A DNA stretch of 64,000 nt. It comes from Gallionella sp. (lineage in GTDB: Bacteria > Pseudomonadota > Gammaproteobacteria > Burkholderiales > Gallionellaceae). Location: contig JBAZAY010000007.1 in NCBI GenBank assembly GCA_041671725.1, positions 7,253 to 71,252 on the forward strand, given 5' to 3'. A model generated the notes under the pieces. That model made no database searches, was not told where the DNA came from, and saw only the letters and a program-made list of their open reading frames with translations. The first letter of the stretch is position 1. Every line of letters begins with the position of its first letter. This document shows, one piece after another, positions 33,559-42,617 of this stretch. A program made the translations under genes and the position numbers.

Positions 33559-34502
33559 CCTCTCTCCAAACTGGCGTTCATCGTTTCGACCGCCAGGCAC
33601 AGATCCTGCCAGGCTTTTGCTTTTTCCAGCGGGCTGCGCAGCAGGTAAGCCGGATGGAAGGTGACGATCAGCGGAATCCCTTTATAGTCATGCACCGTAC
33701 CGCGCAATGACGCGATTGTCGCATCCGTTTCCAGCAGCGCGGAGGCAGCGGTCTTACCCAATGCTACGATCACGCGCGGCTTCACAAGGTCGATCTGGCG
33801 CCTCAGGTAAGGCAGACAGGTATCGATCTCGCCCACATGAGGGTGACGGTCGTCAGGCGGGCGACACTTGATGACGTTAGCGATATAGGTCTCGCTGCGT
33901 TTCAACTTGATCGCCAATAGCATGTTGTCGAGCAGACGGCCGGAATGCCCCACGAACGGCTCGCCCGTCGCATCTTCTTCCGCGCCGGGTGCTTCGCCGA
34001 TGAACATCCAGTCGGCCTGCTCATCGCCCACACCAAATACCGTTCGCGCACAGCCAGCCCGCAGCTTGCAAAGTTCGCAGTCGTGCACTTTCTGCTTGAG
34101 TTCTGGCCAATCCAGGCGTCCTAGCGCCCCCCCCGCGTTTTGAAGCTGAAACTCACGCAGTGATACATCAACAGACTCGCCCATGCCAAAATCAACCGGT
34201 TGAACATCCTGTTCTCCGGCAAAAAGATCTTCTGCGGCTGGCGCGGCCGAATCACTGCCGGATTCATCGCCGGCCAGATGCACCACTTCATCAGCAGCAA
34301 CACCCTTATCCTGCCCGACGGGAGAATGCGAATCACTGACAGACGCGTGATCCTCGACCGCTGTGGCATTCACGGCCGCCGCTTCGACGCTCTGCTCACA
34401 GGTTTGTGCATGCGTTTCCTGCGCCACCGGTTCTCGCCGCACCCACATGGGGTACAGGTTCAACTCGCGCAGCATCGCTTCGCGTCTATCCATTTGATTC
34501 AC
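33555..34502 (-). CDS. Uracil-DNA glycosylase, family 4, with an approximately 130-aa acidic N-terminal extension
   Basis: CELCKL...[36 protein letters not shown] is the family-4 UDG motif set. HPAYLLR lies near the C-terminus. Confidence 0.85.
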   Translation of the reverse strand: MNQMDRREAMLRELNLYPMWVRREPVAQETHAQTCEQSVEAAAVNATAVEDHASVSDSHSPVGQDKGVAADEVVHLAGDESGSDSAAPAAEDLFAGEQDVQPVDFGMGESVDVSLREFQLQNAGGALGRLDWPELKQKVHDCELCKLRAGCARTVFGVGDEQADWMFIGEAPGAEEDATGEPFVGHSGRLLDNMLLAIKLKRSETYIANVIKCRPPDDRHPHVGEIDTCLPYLRRQIDLVKPRVIVALGKTAASALLETDATIASLRGTVHDYKGIPLIVTFHPAYLLRSPLEKAKAWQDLCLAVETMNASLERG

Positions 34503-34935
34503 CTGATAATTTACACGCCATCACCAATGCATCCTCGCTGCCATCCGCATTCCGGTAGTAACCGCGCCGCATGCCGATCTCAGTAAAACCGGCACGACGA
34601 TACAAGGCAATGGCCGGCAGATTGGAGGCGCGCACTTCAAGAAACACCCGGGTCAACTGCCGGCCTCTTGCCTCAGCAAGCAATGCACAGAGCATCGCAC
34701 CGCCCAACCCCTTTCGCTGATGTGCCGCCGCAACCCCTATCGTGAGCAATTCCGCCTCATCCACGCACGGCATCAGCACCCCATATGCACACGGACCTTG
34801 CGCACATTCCTCGACGTAACACAGATAGCCACTGTTCAGCGCATCGCAAAAATTGCCACGCGTCCACGGATAAGCTTGCACTGATTGTTCTACGGCCAGC
34901 ACTGCATCCACATCCGCCTCTGTCATCAGTCTCAT
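34486..34935 (-). CDS. rimI: Ribosomal-protein-alanine N-acetyltransferase
   Basis: GNAT motif A, HQRKGLGGAML. 149 aa. Sits in the tsaB-rimI context. Confidence 0.85.
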   Translation of the reverse strand: MRLMTEADVDAVLAVEQSVQAYPWTRGNFCDALNSGYLCYVEECAQGPCAYGVLMPCVDEAELLTIGVAAAHQRKGLGGAMLCALLAEARGRQLTRVFLEVRASNLPAIALYRRAGFTEIGMRRGYYRNADGSEDALVMACKLSGESNG

Positions 34936-34941
34936 TCCAGC

Positions 34942-35691
34942 TTACCGTTTACCGTTTGCGGTTTGCGGTTTGCTGTTTAGTAACGATTTTTCTATGGCAA
35001 GCTGTTCGCGCTCGGCAGTCTTCAACGCCACCTTGTCGCGCAGGTATAAGGGCTGCGCTGCTGCCGCATCTACCCCGCCGCCAAGGGCAAACTGCGCAGC
35101 GCCCAATGCCGCAATCGCGGCGGCTTGCGGCACAGCATCTTTATCCACACCGACAAGCTGACCGGCATAGCGCGCCTGCAACTCATCAGCAAAGGCGGCA
35201 AAACCGCTACCCGCGCCAAACCAGCCCGCGCCCGGAACCGGTGGTGCGTCTTCAGGCCTGCACAGGCAGGACTCGCAGACGGTAATCCAGCCGCCATCCT
35301 GTTGTTCGCCAGATCGTTCATAGGCAGCGCAGTAAATCTCGCCCATGCGCGCATCGAGTGCGGCAATGACACGAGGCTGGCCTGCGGCTTCTGCCAATGC
35401 CAGCAAGGTGCAGATACCCGCCACCTTCAAATCACCTCCCAGCGCCAGGCCCTGCGTCGCCCCGCAGGCGATGCGCACACCGGTGAAGGAACCGGGCCCG
35501 GAACCGAAGGCAATGCCATCGCATTGCGCGAGCTTTACCCCGGTTTCAAGCAACAGCGCGTCCAGCATCGCGATCAGCAACTCGGAATGTTTCTGCCCCA
35601 CCAGCTCGCAATGCTGAGCCACTTCGCCGTCCTGCCAGAGCGCGACCGAGCAATATTCGGTGGAAGTTTCCAGTGCCAGTATTTTCATCAA
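34942..35691 (-). CDS. tsaB: tRNA N6-threonylcarbamoyladenosine biosynthesis protein TsaB
   Basis: MKILALETSTEYCSVAL... and FGSGPGSFTGVRI are present. The last 9 codons (KPQTANGKR) and the stop lie inside a heptamer repeat. Confidence 0.88.
   Translation of the reverse strand: MMKILALETSTEYCSVALWQDGEVAQHCELVGQKHSELLIAMLDALLLETGVKLAQCDGIAFGSGPGSFTGVRIACGATQGLALGGDLKVAGICTLLALAEAAGQPRVIAALDARMGEIYCAAYERSGEQQDGGWITVCESCLCRPEDAPPVPGAGWFGAGSGFAAFADELQARYAGQLVGVDKDAVPQAAAIAALGAAQFALGGGVDAAAAQPLYLRDKVALKTAEREQLAIEKSLLNSKPQTANGKR
34943..34978. repeat. Family-E tandem heptamer array (CNGTTTR x5)
   Basis: CCGTTTA CCGTTTG CGGTTTG CGGTTTG CTGTTTA. It overlaps the tsaB 3' end and stop codon. Confidence 0.8.
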
Positions 35692-35706
35692 AAACCTAAA
35701 GAATAG

Positions 35707-35858
35707 TTATCCGCAGATTACGCAGATTAAATGTGATTAAACAACATAAAGACGATCATGATCAGACAAGATATTCAGTGAAATTAGTATCACATGAAAA
35801 CACCTTGAAGCCTGAGAGTATCCGGGTGTATCGGCGTAAATCCATATAATCTGCGGAC
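35707..35858. repeat. Family-D miniature inverted-repeat element (about 152 bp)
   Basis: Left end TTATCCGCAGATTACGCAGATTAAATGTGATTAAAC. Right end, inverted, GTAAATCCATATAATCTGCGGAC. A second copy lies at 60788-60917. Confidence 0.8.
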
Positions 35859-35868
35859 TCTTCGCCGT

Positions 35869-36354
35869 TTATTTTGAAGAGCTATCTGCAATCAGCAATA
35901 CCACGGCCTGAGCCGCGATACCCTCGCCGCGCCCGGTATAACCCAGATGCTCGGTGGTGGTCGCCTTCACGTTTACCGCACTTTTCTCCACGCGCAGATC
36001 GGAAGCGATATGCGCCACCATGTGCGCGATATGCGGCGCCATCTTAGGCGCCTGGGCGATAATGGTCGCGTCCAGATTGCCGACGCGATAACCCTGTTCA
36101 CGAACCATGTGTACCACTTCGCGCAACAGGATGCGGCTGTCGATACTCTTATACTTTGCATCGCTATCGGAGAAATGTCGGCCGATATCGCCCAGCGCCG
36201 CAGCGCCCAATAGCGCATCGCAAATCGCATGCAACAACACGTCGGCGTCCGAATGTCCCAAAAGACCTTTTTCATACGGGATATCCACTCCGCCGATAAT
36301 CAGCCGACGCCCTTCTACCAGCTGATGCACATCAAATCCCTGCCCTATACGCAT
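35869..36354 (-). CDS. ispF: 2-C-methyl-D-erythritol 2,4-cyclodiphosphate synthase
   Basis: [12 protein letters not shown]...[19 protein letters not shown] is the IspF signature. 161 aa. Confidence 0.95.
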   Translation of the reverse strand: MRIGQGFDVHQLVEGRRLIIGGVDIPYEKGLLGHSDADVLLHAICDALLGAAALGDIGRHFSDSDAKYKSIDSRILLREVVHMVREQGYRVGNLDATIIAQAPKMAPHIAHMVAHIASDLRVEKSAVNVKATTTEHLGYTGRGEGIAAQAVVLLIADSSSK

Positions 36355-36381
36355 ATTCTTTTCCTTAAAACCTTAATGCAA

Positions 36382-36457
36382 GCCACAGAGTTCACAGAGT
36401 ACACAGAGAGGGCAACTGCATCCGAATTTCTCTGTGATCTCGGTGTTCTCTGTGGCT
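36382..36457. repeat. Family-A short hairpin derivative (termini only)
   Basis: GCCACAGAGTTCACAGAGTACACAGAGAG, an approximately 20-nt loop, then CTCTGTGATCTCGGTGTTCTCTGTGGC. The right end overlaps the ispD stop codon by 2 nt. Confidence 0.85.
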
Positions 36458-37139
36458 AATCGTTTTTTCTCGTCAACAACAATTCGGCAAGTCGCAGATC
36501 CTGCGGATAGGTTACCTTGAAATTGCTCGAATCCCCTGCCACCAGCCTGGGGCTCAGTCCCAACGCCTCAATTGCAGAGGCTTCGTCTGTGACGGCCTTG
36601 CATTGCTGCAAGGCCTGAGCCAGCAGACCTGCACGAAACATCTGCGGCGTCTGCGCCTGCCACAACTGTTCTCTGTTTTCGGTTTGCTGTATGCGTTGTG
36701 CGGCATCAGCGCGCTTGAGCGTATCCGCCACCGGCACGGCCAGAATCCCGCCCACCGCATCGTCACGCAATTCGGTAATCAGTTTCGCCAGATGAGCCCC
36801 GGTCAGACAGGGACGCGCCGCATCGTGCACCAACACCCAGTCATCCGGCTCAAGTTCAGATGCCAACAGCCCGTTCAACACCGTATCCGCACGCGTTTCC
36901 CCGCCGCAGTATAAAGGTTGCAACTTGTCGCCAAAACCAGTCCAGTCGTAACTGTGAAACAGCGTGTCGTCGGGGGACAACACCACGAACACCGTGGAGA
37001 TCTCAGGGCAGGCGCACAGCGTATTCAGCGCGTGAAAAATCATCGGATAACCTGCCAGTGGCAGATATTGTTTGGGCAACTCATGCCCCATGCGCGCACC
37101 AAAACCGGCTGCGGGAACCAATGCGTGTAATTCAGTCAT
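36456..37139 (-). CDS. ispD: 2-C-methyl-D-erythritol 4-phosphate cytidylyltransferase
   Basis: LVPAAGFGARMG..PKQYL and VLVHDAARP are IspD motifs. 227 aa. Upstream of ispF. Confidence 0.93.
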   Translation of the reverse strand: MTELHALVPAAGFGARMGHELPKQYLPLAGYPMIFHALNTLCACPEISTVFVVLSPDDTLFHSYDWTGFGDKLQPLYCGGETRADTVLNGLLASELEPDDWVLVHDAARPCLTGAHLAKLITELRDDAVGGILAVPVADTLKRADAAQRIQQTENREQLWQAQTPQMFRAGLLAQALQQCKAVTDEASAIEALGLSPRLVAGDSSNFKVTYPQDLRLAELLLTRKND

Positions 37140-37248
37140 GGGCGAATTGTAATTGAAAACGCGGGAACCGCGTTTCGATAAAACAGCGGCTCGGCGTTTA
37201 ACTTATAATGCGTCGATATCTCATTCGTATCAGGCCTTGCAATCCGCC

Positions 37249-40200
37249 ATGCTGTTCACATCCACACATACCCGCCCCCGCTACACCCGACTGACCGGCT
37301 CGTCCGATGCGCTGGCACTTGCGCAGTTCGCCGGAAAACACACGCCGCTGGTGGTGATATCAAGCAACGCGCTGGAGGCGCAGCGACTGGTGGAGGAAAT
37401 CCCGTTTTTCGCACCCAAACTGCGCGTACATCTGCTGCCGGACTGGGAGACGCTGCCCTATGACCATTTCTCACCGCATCAGGATCTGATCTCCGAACGG
37501 CTGGCGACACTGCACCATGTGCGCAGCGAATCGTGCGACGTATTGGTGGTGCCGGTCACAACTGCGCTGTATCCCTTGCCTCCGGCTGAATACCTGGCCG
37601 CCTTCACCTTCTTCATCAAACGCGGCGAAAAACTTGATTTACCGAAACTGCGCGAACAGATGACTTTCGCCGGATACAGCCATGTGCAACAGGTGCTGTC
37701 GCCCGGCGAATTCTGCGTGCGTGGCGGCATCATCGACCTGTTTGCGATGGGCAGCGTGTTGCCGTATCGCATCGATTTGTTCGATGATGAAATCGAGACT
37801 ATTTCAACCTTTGACGTGGACACACAGCGCACCCTGTATCCGGTGCCGGAGATCCGCCTGCTGCCTGCACGCGAATTCCCGCTGGATGAAAAAGGTCAGG
37901 CGCACTTTCGCCAGCGTTTCCGTGACCGCTTCGAGGGTGACCCGTCCAAGTCGCGCATTTATAAGGAAGTCAGTAAAGGCAACGCCCCGGCGGGTATCGA
38001 ATATTACCTGCCGCTGTTCTTCGACAAGACTGCCACGCTGTTCGACTATCTGCCAAAGAACGCCACGCTGTGTCTGCACGGCAACGTGGACGGTGCGATT
38101 GCGCAGTTCGGCGTGGATGCGCTGTCGCGCTACAACCTGCTGCGGGGCGATCCGCAACATCCGCTGTTGCCGCTCGCCGATCTGTTCATGGATGCGGAGG
38201 CCTTCTTCATCGCGCTCAAGGCATTTTCGCGCCTCGACATCGTGCGCGATGCAGAATCAGCCAATCTGACGCCTTGCGCGACGTTGAGCATTCCCAACAT
38301 TGCTGTGAACCGTCACGCGGACACGCCTACCCAGGCATTTGCACAGTTTCTGGAAGACTTCGACGGGCGTACATTGCTGCTGGCTGACAGTCTCGGCCGG
38401 CGCGAGATCATGGCAGGCTACCTGCTCGAATATGGCCTGAAGGCGGAAGCCTGCGAAGATTTTCCCAGCTTCTTGAATAATAAGAAGAAATTCATGCTCG
38501 GCATCGGCCCGGTGCAAAACGGTTTTTTATTGCCGGATGAACATCTGTGCGTTGTCACCGAGACTGAGCTGTACGCCTCGCAACCGCGCAACCGTGCCGC
38601 CCGCATCGCTAAAAAAAGCAACGTCGAAGGCATGTTGCGCGATCTGTCCGAGCTTAAAGTCGGCGATCCGGTGGTGCATGAACAGCACGGTATCGCGCGC
38701 TATCAGGGGCTGGTGAATCTCGATCTGGGCGAGGGAGAAGGCGAATTTCTGCTGCTGGAATATCAGGGCGGCGACAAACTCTACGTGCCGGTGTCGCAAC
38801 TGCACGTGATCGGCCGCTACAGCGGTGGCGCTGCGGAAACCGCCCCCTTGCACAAACTGGGCAGCGGTGCGTGGGACAAGGCCAAACGCCGCGCGATGCA
38901 ACAGGTGCGCGACACAGCCGCCGAGCTGCTCAATATTTACGCGCAGCGCGCCACCCGTAAGGGCCACGCCTTCAAGCTGACCCTGCGTGATTATGAAGAA
39001 TTTTCCGCCGGCTTCGGCTTCGAGGAAACACCCGACCAGGCCGCTGCCATCAACGCCGTGATTGAGGATCTGCAATCGGGAAAACCGATGGACAGACTGA
39101 TCTGCGGCGACGTGGGTTTTGGCAAGACCGAAGTCGCGCTGCGCGCCGCCTTCGTCGCCGTGATGGACGGCAAACAGGTCGCCGTACTGGTCCCCACCAC
39201 CTTGCTTGCCGAACAGCACTTCCAGAATTTCTCCAACCGCTTCGCCGACTGGCCGATCCGCATCGGCGAGTTGTCGCGCTTCCGTTCCGCCAAGGAGCAG
39301 ACGCAGGCCCTCAAGGAAATGGCGGATGGCAAACTCGACATCATCATCGGCACCCACAAGCTGATCCAGAAAGGCATCGAATTCGACAACCTGGGACTGC
39401 TGATCATCGACGAGGAGCACCGCTTCGGCGTGCAGCAGAAGGAAAGGCTCAAGGCGCTGCGCGCGGAAGTGGATATTCTGACGCTGACCGCTACGCCGAT
39501 CCCGCGCACGCTGGCGATGTCGCTGGAAGGACTGCGCGATTTTTCCATCATCGCCACCGCGCCGCAACGCCGTTTGTCGATCAAGACCTTCGTCAGCTCA
39601 TATAGTCAGGGCGTGATCCGCGAGGCCGTGCTGCGCGAACTCAAGCGCGGCGGTCAGGTGTATTTCCTGCACAACGAGGTGGACACCATCGCCAACATGG
39701 CGGAGAAGCTCGCAGAGCTCTTGCCTGAGGCGCGTATCCGCGTGGCGCACGGACAAATGGGTGAACGCGAACTGGAAGCCGTGATGCGCGACTTCTACCA
39801 GCAACGCTTCAATATCCTGCTGTGCACCACCATCATCGAGACCGGTATCGACATCCCCACCGCCAACACCATCATCATGAACCGCGCCGACCGTTTTGGT
39901 CTGGCGCAACTGCATCAGCTGCGCGGCCGCGTCGGGCGCTCGCACCATCAGGCTTATGCCTACTTGCTGGTGGACAGCATGGATGGATTAACCGTACAGG
40001 CGAAGAAACGTCTGGAAGCGATTCAGGCGATGGAACAGCTGGGCAGCGGCTTCTATCTGGCGATGCACGATCTGGAAATACGCGGCGCTGGCGAAGTGCT
40101 GGGTGAGTCGCAAAGCGGCGAGATGCAGGAAATCGGCTTTTCGCTCTACACCGACATGTTGAATGCCGCCGTGGCTTCCCTCAGACAGGGGCACGAGCCC

Positions 40201-40653
40201 GACATGGCGCACCCGCTGGGCGTCACCACCGAGATCAACCTGCACAGTCCGGCGCTGTTGCCCGGCGACTATTGCGGCGACATCCACCAGCGACTGGTGA
40301 TCTACAAGCGACTGGCAAACTGCACCAGCCAGACCGATCTGGACGGCATGCATCAAGAACTGATCGACCGTTTCGGCCTGCTGCCTGAACCTGCGCAAAC
40401 CCTGCTCGACTGCCATCGCCTGCGCATCGCCGCAAAACCGCTCGGCATCTGCAAGGTGGATGGCTCAGACGATGCGATCCAGATTCAGTTCATTCAGAAT
40501 CCGCCGATCGACCCGATGAAAATCATCACGCTGATTCAAAGTAAGCGTCATATCAAGATGGTAGGCCAGGACAAACTGCGCATCGAGCTGAAGCATGAGG
40601 ATCTGAATCAGCGCGTGCTGGCGATCAGGAATTTCTTTAACGAGCTGAAATAG
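37249..40653 (+). CDS. mfd: Transcription-repair coupling factor
   Basis: CarD/RID region VGDPVVHEQHGIARY. Helicase motifs GDVGFGKTEVA, DEEHRFG and QLRGRVGRS. About 1134 aa from ATG 37249; the ORF track opens at TTG 37153. Confidence 0.95.
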   Translation: MLFTSTHTRPRYTRLTGSSDALALAQFAGKHTPLVVISSNALEAQRLVEEIPFFAPKLRVHLLPDWETLPYDHFSPHQDLISERLATLHHVRSESCDVLVVPVTTALYPLPPAEYLAAFTFFIKRGEKLDLPKLREQMTFAGYSHVQQVLSPGEFCVRGGIIDLFAMGSVLPYRIDLFDDEIETISTFDVDTQRTLYPVPEIRLLPAREFPLDEKGQAHFRQRFRDRFEGDPSKSRIYKEVSKGNAPAGIEYYLPLFFDKTATLFDYLPKNATLCLHGNVDGAIAQFGVDALSRYNLLRGDPQHPLLPLADLFMDAEAFFIALKAFSRLDIVRDAESANLTPCATLSIPNIAVNRHADTPTQAFAQFLEDFDGRTLLLADSLGRREIMAGYLLEYGLKAEACEDFPSFLNNKKKFMLGIGPVQNGFLLPDEHLCVVTETELYASQPRNRAARIAKKSNVEGMLRDLSELKVGDPVVHEQHGIARYQGLVNLDLGEGEGEFLLLEYQGGDKLYVPVSQLHVIGRYSGGAAETAPLHKLGSGAWDKAKRRAMQQVRDTAAELLNIYAQRATRKGHAFKLTLRDYEEFSAGFGFEETPDQAAAINAVIEDLQSGKPMDRLICGDVGFGKTEVALRAAFVAVMDGKQVAVLVPTTLLAEQHFQNFSNRFADWPIRIGELSRFRSAKEQTQALKEMADGKLDIIIGTHKLIQKGIEFDNLGLLIIDEEHRFGVQQKERLKALRAEVDILTLTATPIPRTLAMSLEGLRDFSIIATAPQRRLSIKTFVSSYSQGVIREAVLRELKRGGQVYFLHNEVDTIANMAEKLAELLPEARIRVAHGQMGERELEAVMRDFYQQRFNILLCTTIIETGIDIPTANTIIMNRADRFGLAQLHQLRGRVGRSHHQAYAYLLVDSMDGLTVQAKKRLEAIQAMEQLGSGFYLAMHDLEIRGAGEVLGESQSGEMQEIGFSLYTDMLNAAVASLRQGHEPDMAHPLGVTTEINLHSPALLPGDYCGDIHQRLVIYKRLANCTSQTDLDGMHQELIDRFGLLPEPAQTLLDCHRLRIAAKPLGICKVDGSDDAIQIQFIQNPPIDPMKIITLIQSKRHIKMVGQDKLRIELKHEDLNQRVLAIRNFFNELK

Positions 40654-40763
40654 GTGACCATGGCGGCACGCATCACAGATGCTTGACTTGTCAAATCTAG
40701 CATTGCAGACCTTTGGGGTATGCTACATAATCTTCCCGAACTGCATTTCAGAGGATTGAGACC

Positions 40764-41033
40764 ATGCCTATTCTGTCTGTGTTTTTCGGCATCATTGTCC
40801 GCATGTGGCACGACGATCATCCGCCGCCCCATATACACGTTGAGTATCAGGGATTTGAGGCGCTGGTAAACATTCGAACAGGCGAAGTTAGTGAGGGGCA
40901 TTTTCCTAACAAGGCGACAGCCATCGTCAAGGAATGGTGTTTACATCATCAAAAGGAACTACTGGCAAATTGGCAACGAGGTCAGAACTTTGAACCCATG
41001 GAACGTATTCCGGGAGCAGATCAGGATGATTAA
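40764..41033 (+). CDS. DUF4160-domain protein
   Basis: MPILSVFFGIIVRMWHDDHPPPHIHVEYQG is the characteristic DUF4160 N-terminus. 89 aa. Confidence 0.75.
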   Translation: MPILSVFFGIIVRMWHDDHPPPHIHVEYQGFEALVNIRTGEVSEGHFPNKATAIVKEWCLHHQKELLANWQRGQNFEPMERIPGADQDD

Positions 41034-41274
41034 AGTTATTAAAGCTCATTACCTGGGTGATTTTCAGATAGCGCTAAATTTTTCCGATGGCAGGGAAGGC
41101 ACGTTCGATGGACGCACCCTGCTGGAGCGGACTGGCTCATTGCTTGAACCGCTTCGCAATGAAATCTATTTCCAGCGGTTATTCATTGATTCCGGCGCGC
41201 TGTGCTGGCCGAATGGCCTGGAGCTCTCTCCGGCCAGACTTTATGAAACGTGCCACATGCTGGAAACAGTTTGA
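41026..41274 (+). CDS. DUF2442-domain protein
   Basis: MIKVIKAHYLGDFQIALNFSDGREGTFD...ALCWPNGLELSP. The ATG overlaps the DUF4160 stop (ATGATTAA). The ORF-track start at 40891 is rejected. Confidence 0.7.
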   Translation: MIKVIKAHYLGDFQIALNFSDGREGTFDGRTLLERTGSLLEPLRNEIYFQRLFIDSGALCWPNGLELSPARLYETCHMLETV

Positions 41275-41292
41275 ATAGACCGCAGAGATACG

Positions 41293-41955
41293 TTAACGCA
41301 GGTTGATGATCCGCCAGCCATGCTGCTCGGCGTGAGCGCGCAACGTCGCATCGGGATTTGCGGCGACCGGGTGTTTCACCTTGCACATCAGCGGCAAATC
41401 GTTCAGCGAGTCGCTATAAAAAGTGCTCTCGGTGAAGCTGTCCAGCGTCCAGCCGCGCTCACCCAGCCAGTTGGTCAATTTGGTAATTTTCCCTTCGCGG
41501 AAACACGGCACATCGGCGACACGCCCGGTAAATTCACCGTCTTTGTGCTCGGGCTCGGTGGCGATCAGATGCTCGATACCAAATTCGCGGGCGATGGGCG
41601 CGGTAACGAAGCTGTTCGTAGCGGTGATGATCACACACACATCGCCCGCATCGAGATGCTGCTGCACCAGTTCGCGTGACTGTTGCGTGACCATAGGCAT
41701 GACGTTTTCGCGCATGAACTGGCTGTGCCATTCGTCCAGCGTTTTGCGGGAATGGCGCGACAGTGGTTTTAACTGGAAATCAAGAAACTCGTGAATATCC
41801 AGCGTGCCGGCCTTGTACTGATCATAAAAGGCCTGGTTTTTCACCTCGAACAGTTCACGGTCGAGTATGCCGATGCGGATCAAAAATTGCGACCACTCGA
41901 AATCGCTGTCGCCGTTAAGCAGGGTGTTATCCAAATCAAATAAGGCTAAATTCAT
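41293..41955 (-). CDS. HAD-IB family hydrolase (phosphoserine-phosphatase-like)
   Basis: HAD motif I is FDLDNTLL, motif II is ITATN, and motif IV region is YSDSLNDLPL. 220 aa. Confidence 0.8.
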   Translation of the reverse strand: MNLALFDLDNTLLNGDSDFEWSQFLIRIGILDRELFEVKNQAFYDQYKAGTLDIHEFLDFQLKPLSRHSRKTLDEWHSQFMRENVMPMVTQQSRELVQQHLDAGDVCVIITATNSFVTAPIAREFGIEHLIATEPEHKDGEFTGRVADVPCFREGKITKLTNWLGERGWTLDSFTESTFYSDSLNDLPLMCKVKHPVAANPDATLRAHAEQHGWRIINLR

Positions 41956-42617
41956 TTCAACTCCTGTTCTTGTTGCATTACTTCCTTAAGCAAGGGAATG
42001 GACGGCGCACGATGCAGACGCAACGAGTGCTCATCCAGCGCATCCAGCACCTCCAGCAAGCTGGGCAGGTCGCGCCGTCCGTGGCGCAGCAGATAGTGCG
42101 TGACTTCAGGAGAAAGAATAAAGCCTCTTCCCTTGGCGTGTTGCGTGAGCGCCTGCGCCTTCTCTTCGTCGGAAAGCCCATGCACCTGATACACCAGCCC
42201 CCATCCCAGCCGGGTACGCAAATCAGGGCGCAAATCGAGGTGCAGCGGAGATTGACGGCCGCTTACCAGCAGCATGCCGCCGCTATCACGCATCCTGTTG
42301 TATAGATTGAATAATTCTATCTGCGCAACATCATCCAGCGTATCGGCATCATCCACTGCCACCATGTCAGCGGGCTCCGGCACGCCCCCTTGCACATAAA
42401 TCGCGCTTTGATGGGAATTTTGCGCGGCACTCACGCAGGCCTGCAGCAAATGACTTTTGCCGCTGCCGGCAGGCCCCCACACATAAATGCATCGCTCGCC
42501 GCTGCCAGACAAAGCCTGATGCAACGCCGCGAGCAATTCCTGATTGCCGCCCGCCACGAAATTGTCGAAGGTCGGCCACCAGTCCGGCGTGATATCGAGC
42601 AGCAGCTGATTCATCAT
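41952..42617 (-). CDS. hda: DnaA regulatory inactivator Hda
   Basis: Walker A-like GPAGSGKSHLLQA, then VDDADTL and the box VII/sensor region. 221 aa. The F-D-N-F motif (TFDNFVAG) is near the N-terminus. Confidence 0.85.
   Translation of the reverse strand: MMNQLLLDITPDWWPTFDNFVAGGNQELLAALHQALSGSGERCIYVWGPAGSGKSHLLQACVSAAQNSHQSAIYVQGGVPEPADMVAVDDADTLDDVAQIELFNLYNRMRDSGGMLLVSGRQSPLHLDLRPDLRTRLGWGLVYQVHGLSDEEKAQALTQHAKGRGFILSPEVTHYLLRHGRRDLPSLLEVLDALDEHSLRLHRAPSIPLLKEVMQQEQELK

Noticed and set aside
38527-39584. 346-aa and 197-aa minus-strand ORFs
   Set aside because: They are antisense to mfd, which carries the helicase motifs. This is a typical GC-rich antisense artefact.
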